A DNA stretch of 64,000 nt. Source: Nannocystis sp. SCPEA4. GTDB taxonomy: Bacteria; Myxococcota_A; Polyangia; Nannocystales; Nannocystaceae. Below the pieces are notes generated by a model. It was not told the DNA's origin and made no database searches. It saw only the letters and a program-made list of their open reading frames with translations. Both the position numbers and the translations under genes were made by a program. The stretch is taken from assembly GCF_026626685.1 (NCBI RefSeq), contig NZ_JAPNJX010000021.1, positions 105,329-169,328 of the forward strand. Direction: 5' to 3'. Positions 49,000-56,569 of the stretch are shown here, piece by piece. The first letter of the stretch is position 1. Each line of letters starts with the position of its first letter.

Positions 49000-49998
49000 C
49001 TAGCCGCGGTACTCCGACGGGCTCGCGCCCGTCCAGCGGCGGAAGGCCCGGCTGAACGCGCTCAGATCGGAGAAGCCGAGCATGAACGCGATGTCGGTCA
49101 CCGTCGCGTCGGGCCGCCCGAGCTGGGCCAGCGCCGCCTCTCGCCGGACCTCGTCGACCACGTCCCGGAGGCTCGTGCCCGCCTGTCGCAGCCGCCGCTG
49201 CATCGTCCGCTCCGAGGTCCCCAGCGCGCGCGCCACCGACCTCGCCAGCGTGTCGCCCTCGCCGAGCAGCGCCTGCACCTGCGCCCGCAGCTCGGCGACG
49301 AACGCCGCCTCGCCCCCCCGGCCGCGCAACTCGTGCTCGAGCTGCGGCAGCAGCGTGCGGGCCAGCCCCGCGTCGACGCCCTGCACCGGCAGCCCCAGCA
49401 CCTCGGGCGGGAACACCAGCGCATCCTCGTCCGCGCCGAAGCGCAGCGGCGCCGCGAACGACCGCTCGAGCGGGGCCGCGTCGCTCGACGCCGGATCGCG
49501 CAGCCGCACCTCCGTCAGCAGCTCGCGTCGACCGGTCGCGCGGCGCAGCTTGATCGTCCACACCGCCAGCAAGAACTGCGACAGGTGCCGCGAGCGCGGC
49601 AGCTCGCCGCGGAACCGGTGGCCGAGCACCGCCAGCTCGCCGCGCAGCTCGAAGCGCGCGTCGTTGGCCTCGTGGTACAGCGCCTGATAGCGCAGAAACT
49701 GGCGCATCATCGTCGCTACGTCGGCGGTATGGGCCAGCGCCAGGTCGACGATGTCGAACGGCGCCGCGCCGACCAGCTCCGCCGCGAACACTCCGAAGGC
49801 CGGCTCCCCGCTCGCGCTCGCCATCGCCTCCCACACGGCGATGGCCGTCGAGTGCGGCACCCGGGCCGTCGCGTCGCCGATCGTCGACGGCGAGACCCGC
49901 ACACGCTGCGCGAGCTCGGCGAGCGGCCGCCCCGTCCGGGCCGCGGCCGCGAGCAGCGGGACCCGCACCGACTGGATGCACACCCTCGGCTCGGCCAT
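49000..49998 (-). CDS. AraC-family transcriptional regulator
   Basis: C-terminal dual HTH (TVTDIAFMLGFSDLSAFSRAFRRWTGASPSEYR). 332 aa from MAEPRVCIQ. Confidence 0.8.
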   Translation of the reverse strand: MAEPRVCIQSVRVPLLAAAARTGRPLAELAQRVRVSPSTIGDATARVPHSTAIAVWEAMASASGEPAFGVFAAELVGAAPFDIVDLALAHTADVATMMRQFLRYQALYHEANDARFELRGELAVLGHRFRGELPRSRHLSQFLLAVWTIKLRRATGRRELLTEVRLRDPASSDAAPLERSFAAPLRFGADEDALVFPPEVLGLPVQGVDAGLARTLLPQLEHELRGRGGEAAFVAELRAQVQALLGEGDTLARSVARALGTSERTMQRRLRQAGTSLRDVVDEVRREAALAQLGRPDATVTDIAFMLGFSDLSAFSRAFRRWTGASPSEYRG

Positions 49999-50012
49999 TT
50001 CCGGCGAGGATA

Positions 50013-51071
50013 TCACGGCCGCACGTCGACGAGCCACGCCCAGCCGAGCGCACCGGGTCGCGTCGTGAGCGTCAGAATCACCGGGTCTTTCGGCAATGTC
50101 CCGACGACCCTGTCCATCGGGACATGCAGCCGAGTCGGCGACTGCCCGAGCACCAGCCCCTCGACCTCGATGACCACCCGGGTCTCCCCGCGGTCGACCA
50201 CCCGCACCGGCAGACGGAGCGCCTCCTCCGGTCCGGCGTCGAGGGCCGCGTTGGCGTACAGCGCCAGCTTCATCCCGGCGAACGGCGTCGTCAGCAGGAA
50301 CGCCGCCGCGCAGATCGACAGCCAGCGCAGCGAGTCGGGCGCGCCGCGCAGGACCAGCGCCAGCCCGCCGCACACGATCATCCACAGCAGCCCGCCGATC
50401 CCGATCCCCGCGAACACCGGCTGCCAGGCCAGCACCTGCGGCGGGCGCAGCACCACTGCCAGCGCGAGCATGACCAGCCACGCGAACGCGATGGCGAAGA
50501 TGTGGCCGACCGGGCGCCGGCGCACCAGCTCGGCGCGGGTCGGCATGTCCTTCGGGACAGCCATCGCCGCCGCCAGCGCCCGCAGCGACGCCAGCAGCTC
50601 GGTCGCGGCCGCGGGCGCCTCGAGCTGGGCCGCCGTCAGCTTCGCCGTCACCCGGCCCTCGCCGAGCTGGACCTCGCCGGCCGGCCCGCACACCAGCGCC
50701 TGCGCGGCCGAGCGGGCCGCCGGGGCCGCCAGCACCTGGGCCACGAGCGCGTCCGGGGCCTCTGACTCGACGTAGACCGCCGCGTCGAACGCCGCGTCGC
50801 CGAGCTGCAGCTCGCGGTTGATCCCGAGCGCCTTGCCGCCGCGGTCGATCGCGTCCTCGGCCCGCAGCACGATCCGCGGCGTCTCGGCCGCGTCGGCCCG
50901 CGCGACCACGAACACCGCGCCGACGCAGGCGCCCTCCAGCAACTCGGGATACACATGTACTTCGGGACCTGTCCCGAAGCGCAGCACGAACGGTGCCAGC
51001 TCGCTGCGCCCGCCCGCCTCGACCGCCATCCTCTCGCCGCCGAGGGCCTCCGCCAGCCGCGCGAACTCCAT
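50013..51071 (-). CDS. Membrane protein, hypothetical
   Basis: Met MEFARLAE. Central cluster of 4 TM helices. Carries three in-frame GACATGTC-family motif copies. Confidence 0.45.
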   Translation of the reverse strand: MEFARLAEALGGERMAVEAGGRSELAPFVLRFGTGPEVHVYPELLEGACVGAVFVVARADAAETPRIVLRAEDAIDRGGKALGINRELQLGDAAFDAAVYVESEAPDALVAQVLAAPAARSAAQALVCGPAGEVQLGEGRVTAKLTAAQLEAPAAATELLASLRALAAAMAVPKDMPTRAELVRRRPVGHIFAIAFAWLVMLALAVVLRPPQVLAWQPVFAGIGIGGLLWMIVCGGLALVLRGAPDSLRWLSICAAAFLLTTPFAGMKLALYANAALDAGPEEALRLPVRVVDRGETRVVIEVEGLVLGQSPTRLHVPMDRVVGTLPKDPVILTLTTRPGALGWAWLVDVRP

Positions 51072-51158
51072 GCCGCCAGTGTCGCCCGCGCCCGCCCGGC
51101 CGACAAGCCCGCCCCCGCGGCCGGCAACACCCACTCAGGTGTTATTTCTGCGCGGCGC

Positions 51159-52457
51159 TCACAGCCGCGTCTCGACCTCGACCACCTCGGGCGGCGTCGG
51201 CGTCTGCAGGAACTCGAGCGCCGAGGCGTTGCCGCGCAGGTGGTGGTCGAAGAACGCGACCGCGTAGGCCGCCACGATCGCCCGCGCCTGCACCGGCTCG
51301 AGGTAGACGAACTCGCTGCCGTCGGACTGGCGCACACCCGGCCCGCAGCCGGGGTCGAACTCCTCGCGCAGGCCGCAGATATCGGTCGGACCCCAGTGGC
51401 CGGTGTCCTGCATGCGCACCAGGTAGGCCGGCGTCGCCGCGGCCTTGAAGTTCGACTCGATGAGGTTGTTGCCGATCTTCTGGATGCTGTTGTCCTCGGT
51501 CGCCAGCACGAACAGCTCCGGCTCGACGATGTTCGCCAGCTTGGTGCCATAGAAGATCGGGTTCTCGACCGGCGCCGCGATCGGCATCGCGGCGAGGATC
51601 CGCTCGTCCTCCTGCGCCAGGCGACCCGCCGTGGCGGCGCCGAAGCTGTGGCCCATCGCGCCGATGCGGGTCGCGTCGATCGAGCCGCGGATGGCCTCGG
51701 GGACAGCCGAGTTGCCGGCGTCGAGCACCGCGTCGAGCACCGCCATCTGGTCGGCCACCCGGACCTGCAGGAAGTCCTCGCTGATGATGTTGGCCGGACC
51801 CGGCTCGAACAGCGTGTTGCCGGCGTGGTCGGGCGCGACGACCACGAAGCCGTGGCTGGCGAGGTGCTCGGCGATCGAGAACATCGAGTAGCGGGCGCAG
51901 TTGTGGCAGTGCGAGAACATCACCAGCGGGTACGGCCCGGTGCCCGCCGACGCGGCGTCGCGCGCCGAGCGGGTCTGCAGCCGCACCCCGACCTCGCCCT
52001 GCTCCGACAGGTTGGCCAGCAGTTCGACCATCGCCTCGCGATGTTCGCCCTCGGGCACGAACATCTCGATCGGGTGGCCCTGCTCGGCCGCGGCCTCGGC
52101 CGACGCGTCCGCCGGGTACCACGCTTCGACCAGCAGCGTGCGGTCACCGGCGACCACCGAGAACGTCGCGTTGCCGACCGGCGCCGCCCCCGGCGCGTCG
52201 TAGTCCTGCTCGGCGCCCATGCCCGTCTCCGTCCCCGTCGGCTCGAGGCTGTCGGCGCTCGTGATGCCGCCCGACGGGTCGCCGCTGGTCGTCGGCGCCG
52301 CCCCGGTGCTTTCGGGCGGCGGCTCGTCGGGAGGCGTCGTCGTCCCGCTCTCGGTCGTGCCGGTGCCAGGCCCCCCGACGCTCAAGGTCGCGTCGGAGTC
52401 GGCGGCGGCGGTGCTGCAGGCGGCGAGGAGGAGACTAAGCGAGGCGAAGCGGCGCAT
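51159..52457 (-). CDS. Lipoprotein alpha/beta hydrolase (PAF-acetylhydrolase/dienelactone-hydrolase-like)
   Basis: Lipobox SLLLAACS, Thr/Pro/Gly-rich linker, nucleophile elbow GHSFGA. 432 aa. Confidence 0.7.
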   Translation of the reverse strand: MRRFASLSLLLAACSTAAADSDATLSVGGPGTGTTESGTTTPPDEPPPESTGAAPTTSGDPSGGITSADSLEPTGTETGMGAEQDYDAPGAAPVGNATFSVVAGDRTLLVEAWYPADASAEAAAEQGHPIEMFVPEGEHREAMVELLANLSEQGEVGVRLQTRSARDAASAGTGPYPLVMFSHCHNCARYSMFSIAEHLASHGFVVVAPDHAGNTLFEPGPANIISEDFLQVRVADQMAVLDAVLDAGNSAVPEAIRGSIDATRIGAMGHSFGAATAGRLAQEDERILAAMPIAAPVENPIFYGTKLANIVEPELFVLATEDNSIQKIGNNLIESNFKAAATPAYLVRMQDTGHWGPTDICGLREEFDPGCGPGVRQSDGSEFVYLEPVQARAIVAAYAVAFFDHHLRGNASALEFLQTPTPPEVVEVETRL

Positions 52458-52466
52458 GCCGCCGTT

Positions 52467-53348
52467 TTACCCGACCTCGCGGCGCGCGGTGAGGCCCTCG
52501 CAGAAGCGCTCGACCGCCGCGCCGATCGCTGCGTGGTGCTCGAACAGGCTGGTGTGCGTCCCGTCCTCCAGCCGAAGCAGGCGGCTGCCCGGGATCGCGC
52601 GGTGCAGCGGCAGGCCGACCCGGGGCGCCGGCGCGAACACGTCGCGGTCGCCGGCCACGATCAGCGTCGGCGCCGCGATCGTCGGCAGCAGGTCGGCGGC
52701 GTCGTGGCTCTGGGCCGCCAGCGCCATCGCCGCGAGCGTGCCCGGATCGAGCTCGCGCACGAAGTGCTCGATGTACAGCTTCACGTCGGCCGGCGTGGCC
52801 GCGGGTCCGATGAGCCCCAGCAACTGTCCCAGGCGACGACTCCCCGGCAGCCCGACCAAGCCGCGGGCCCCGCGGAACGCCAGGCGGAACCCGGACACCG
52901 GCAAGCGAGCGATGAGCCCGTGCAGGATCGGCCCGACCGGCCCGAGCGCCGTGTCGAACACGCGGCCGGCGGGGCCGAGCAGCAGCACCAGCCCGCGCAC
53001 CCGCGACGGCGCCGCGCGATAGACCTCGAGCGCGACCTGGCAGCCCATCGAGAAGCCGACCACCGCCGCGTCGGTCAGGCCCTCGGCGTGGAGGATCTGC
53101 AGCGCGTCGCCGGCCAGCGCCGGGATCTCGACGCCCTCGCGCGTGCGCGCCGGCTCGCTGCGGCCGTGCCCCTTGAGGTCCCACGTGATCACCGTGAAGC
53201 GCCGGGCCCAGCGCGGCGCCAGGTGGGTCCAGAAGAACCGCGACGTCGTGATGCCGTTGCACAGCAACAGCGCCGGCCCCTCGCCCTCGCGGCGGTAGAA
53301 CACGCGGGTGCCGTCGGCGGCGACGATCGTGCGTTCGCGGGCGGACAT
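52467..53348 (-). CDS. Alpha/beta-fold hydrolase
   Basis: GFSMGC nucleophile elbow, HGxxRS-type oxyanion region (LKGHGRSE). 293 aa. Confidence 0.75.
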   Translation of the reverse strand: MSARERTIVAADGTRVFYRREGEGPALLLCNGITTSRFFWTHLAPRWARRFTVITWDLKGHGRSEPARTREGVEIPALAGDALQILHAEGLTDAAVVGFSMGCQVALEVYRAAPSRVRGLVLLLGPAGRVFDTALGPVGPILHGLIARLPVSGFRLAFRGARGLVGLPGSRRLGQLLGLIGPAATPADVKLYIEHFVRELDPGTLAAMALAAQSHDAADLLPTIAAPTLIVAGDRDVFAPAPRVGLPLHRAIPGSRLLRLEDGTHTSLFEHHAAIGAAVERFCEGLTARREVG

Positions 53349-53482
53349 GGGCACCGCCGAGGATGCCACGATCGCGCGAAAAGGGAACCCGCCGGCCGCG
53401 ACAGAGGGGGAAGGCCGGGCCGGCGGGTCGAGTGGATGTCTTTTCGGTCATGTGCGAACAAACACACGACCACGCGCCGCGA

Positions 53483-54532
53483 TCACCAGCGGATCGTCAC
53501 CAGTCCGTCGCCCGCGCGCACCCCGGGCAGCCCGCTGCTGTCGGGCTCGTCGCCGAGGTACGACGAGCCGCCGCCCCCGCCCGCCGCATAGGCCGAGCCG
53601 CCGCCGAACCAGCCGCCGCCCCCGCCTGCCACGTGGTACAGGCCGACCCCGCCGCCGCTGCCGAACAGGCCCGGCTCGCCCGGCTCGGAGCCCACGGTTC
53701 CGCCGTCGCTCTGCGTGCCGCCGCCTGCCGCCTGCCACTCGGGCAACAGCGCCACGCCGGCGCCGCCGATGAACACACCGCCCGGACCGCCCTCGCCGTG
53801 ATCGGGGCAGCCGCACTGTCCGCCGCCGCCGCCCGCCGCCACCACGATCCGATCCTCGAGCTCCGTCCCGCCGCGGCGCACGTCGCTGGCTCCGCCGCCG
53901 CCGCCCGCGAACTCGCCCCCGACGCCGCCGCCGTTGTAACCAGCCGCGCCCTCGAGCCCGCCGCGTCCGCCGACCACGATCTGCAGCGCCTCACCCGGCT
54001 CGACCTCGAGCTCGGTGCGCACGTAAGCACCGCGGCCGCCGTCGTCCTGCTCCGGTCCATCGCAGCAGCGCGAGCCGCCGCCCTGGGCGCCCCACGCCTC
54101 GATGGTGATCCGCGACACGCAGTCGGGCACCACGAACGTCTGCAGCGCGCCGGTGAACGCGAACTCGCGGGCGCGGCCGTCGGGCGTCACGCGCGTGCGC
54201 TCGACACACTGACCGTCGCAGCGGATCTGGCCGCGCTCGCACGGCGCCTCGCAGTAACCCGCCGCGCACGTGCCGGCGCAGACGCGGCCGCAGCCGCCGC
54301 AGTGGCGCGCGTCGAGCGTGATGTCGACGCACTCCAAACCGCACAGGTCGAGCGCGGCCGCCTCGCACGCGCGCACCAACGCCTTGTCTGCATCGGCGGC
54401 GTCGTCCGCCTCGGCGACCGCGAGCGCGCCCGGCACCGGTCGCGGGGGCTGCGTGTCCGAGACCTCGTCGCAGCCGCCGGCGGTGATCATCAACACCACC
54501 GACAACGTGCACCACCGGTCCTTGCGTCCCAT
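53483..54532 (-). CDS. Glycine-rich lipoprotein (Gly_rich-domain family), paralog 1
   Basis: Lipobox LMITAGGC. Cys-rich module, FAFTGALQTFVVPDCVSRITIEAWGAQGGGS block, then a long poly-Gly tail ending TIRW. Confidence 0.65.
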   Translation of the reverse strand: MGRKDRWCTLSVVLMITAGGCDEVSDTQPPRPVPGALAVAEADDAADADKALVRACEAAALDLCGLECVDITLDARHCGGCGRVCAGTCAAGYCEAPCERGQIRCDGQCVERTRVTPDGRAREFAFTGALQTFVVPDCVSRITIEAWGAQGGGSRCCDGPEQDDGGRGAYVRTELEVEPGEALQIVVGGRGGLEGAAGYNGGGVGGEFAGGGGGASDVRRGGTELEDRIVVAAGGGGGQCGCPDHGEGGPGGVFIGGAGVALLPEWQAAGGGTQSDGGTVGSEPGEPGLFGSGGGVGLYHVAGGGGGWFGGGSAYAAGGGGGSSYLGDEPDSSGLPGVRAGDGLVTIRW

Positions 54533-54839
54533 CTGCCTGGTTCCCCCTGCGACCTGTAGGGATGATGCGCAGCAGGCAGGCACGCAAACCCCGTTGTGTC
54601 CCGCATCACCAGCGCCGCGCCGCTCTCCATGAAGATGTCCCTTCACACATGTCCGAAAGACATCCTCGCAAGCCGACACACCTCGCCGCCGCACGACGTT
54701 CACCACCGCTTCGGCCCGCCGCCACGCGCCGCACGTCGTCGCGGTCCACCACGCAGCTGCACCTCGCCGGTTCACGGCACCGACCTCGAGTCCAACCTTC
54801 GCCTCGCGCCTCGCAGCCATGCGCTCCCATCTCGGCGCA

Positions 54840-55180
54840 CTCCCCGGTGGACCTGGATGACGCCGCGCTCACTGGCAGATCTGCACCACCCCGACGACGT
54901 CCCCATCTCCATCCGCGCCTCGCTGCCGTCCGCTCGGATCTCGGCACACGCACCTGTGCACCTGGATCACGCCGCTCTCACTGGCAGATCTGCACCACCT
55001 CGACGACGTCACGTCGCGCTCACTGGCAGATCTGCACCGCCCCGACGACGTCGCCTGTCTCCATCCGCGTCTCGCGGCCGCGCCTCGCTCGGCGCTCATC
55101 CGCGGCTCCGCACCCACACCATCCGCGCGCCTCGCTCTCGAGCTCCGCCTCGCCATCGTCCGCTCGCGGTTCGGCGCGCT
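54840..55180. repeat. Complex direct repeats in the spacer between the glycine-rich paralogs
   Basis: GCGCTCACTGGCAGATCTGCACC(A/G)CC(C/T)CGACGACGTC x3 (about 54865, 54971, 55015), plus repeated GGA(C)CTGGAT(G/C)ACGCCGC and CCATCTCCATCCGCG blocks. Confidence 0.7.
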
Positions 55181-56028
55181 CACCAGCTGATCACCACCAC
55201 ACCATGGCCGTCGCGCGCCCCGATCTCGAGCTCCGCCTCGCTGCCGGCCGGGCCCACGTACGACGAACCGCCGCCTCCGCCCGCGCCGAAGGCCCCGCCA
55301 CCGCCGTACCAGCCGCCGCCGCCTCCGGCCACGTGATAGCCGGCCGCTCCGCCGCCGAGCCCGAACACGCCGGCCTGACCTGGCGCCGCTCCGCCCGTGC
55401 CACCCGCGTGCGGCTGTCCACCGCCGCCTGCGCGCCAGTTCACGTCGCCGACCACCCCGTCCTCCCCGACCAGCCCGCCGCCGTGTCCGCCCGCTCCGTG
55501 ATCCGGATAGCCGCACACGCCGCCGCCGCCGCCGCCGACCACCAGCGCGCGATCGACCAGGCTCGCGCCGTTCAGGCGCACGTCCGACGCTCCGCCGCCG
55601 CCACCGCCCCACCTCCCGCCGCTGCCGCCGCCGTTCCAGCCGGGCGCGCCGTCGAGGCCTCCGCGGCCGCCGACGTGCACCAGCACCACGTCGCCGGGGC
55701 TGACCGAAAGGTCAGCTCGCAATCGGCCTCCGTGTCCGCCGTCCTCCTGCACGTCGGGCAGGCCGTGCTCTTCGTCGATGCCGCAGCGGCTCGGCCCGCC
55801 CTGCGCGCCCCACAGCTCGACGGTCAGCGTCGTCACGCACTCCGGCACCACGAACGCCTGCGGCGTGCCCGTGAAGCTGAACCACCGCGCGCCTGGCTCC
55901 ACACACTCCGAAGTTCGCTCCGGGGCCATCCCGTCGATGCCCTCGTACTCGGCCGCGTGGCAGCCGAGCAGCACCGCCAGCGCCGCCGCGGCGCGATCGT
56001 GTCGGATGTGAGAGCCCGCCCGCTGCAT
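55180..56028 (-). CDS. Glycine-rich lipoprotein (Gly_rich-domain family), paralog 2
   Basis: Lipobox AVLLGCHA. WFSFTGTPQAFVVPECVTTLTVELWGAQGGPS block and poly-Gly tail ending VVISW. Clearly paralogous to 53483..54532. Confidence 0.65.
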   Translation of the reverse strand: MQRAGSHIRHDRAAAALAVLLGCHAAEYEGIDGMAPERTSECVEPGARWFSFTGTPQAFVVPECVTTLTVELWGAQGGPSRCGIDEEHGLPDVQEDGGHGGRLRADLSVSPGDVVLVHVGGRGGLDGAPGWNGGGSGGRWGGGGGGASDVRLNGASLVDRALVVGGGGGGVCGYPDHGAGGHGGGLVGEDGVVGDVNWRAGGGGQPHAGGTGGAAPGQAGVFGLGGGAAGYHVAGGGGGWYGGGGAFGAGGGGGSSYVGPAGSEAELEIGARDGHGVVVISW

Positions 56029-56199
56029 CGTACCCCCTCCTCCAGGGATGCGCGGCGTCGTCCGCGGTGCAACCTCCCCCGTGCTGCCCGTCACGTCGGT
56101 CGGTCGCTGGCGACAAACCCTCCAGCGCCGAAGCGCGCCCGCACGCGGGGCGGCGCGACGCCCGGCTTTCACCCTGCCCCTTGGAACATTCCCTCGAGC

Positions 56200-56566
56200 A
56201 CATGCCCATGAAGACATGCCTATTACAACATGTCCATTGAGACATTCTACTTGACCTCGGCCCCGGCCACCTGCGCCCCCGCCTCCCCCTGTCTCCCGCG
56301 GCGCGGCGGCCGAACGCCACGCCACGACCTGTCCCTTGCGACATTCCACCTCGCCCAGCTCCGCCCCCTGCCAGGCCCGCGCCCCACCGACATCTCGCCA
56401 CGCCACGACGACATGTCCCTTTCGACATGTTTCCTCGCGCATGACTCACCGGCCCGATGCCGGCCCGCGCCTACCCCCAACAGGTCGCCGCGCCCTTCAA
56501 ACGCCCCGACGACCTGTCCTTTTCAACATGCCCCATCGAGCATGACTCACCGGCCCGACGCCGGCC
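56200..56566. repeat. GACATG 14-bp-period array plus a 56-nt direct repeat x2 upstream of glycine-rich paralog 2
   Basis: ACATGCCCATGAA / GACATGCCTATTAC / AACATGTCCATTGA / GACATTCTACTTGA. Also GAC(A/C)TGTCC(C)TTT(C/T)(G/A)ACATG...GCATGACTCACCGGCCCGA(T/C)GCCGGCC at about 56411 and 56511. Confidence 0.7.
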
Positions 56567-56569
56567 GCC

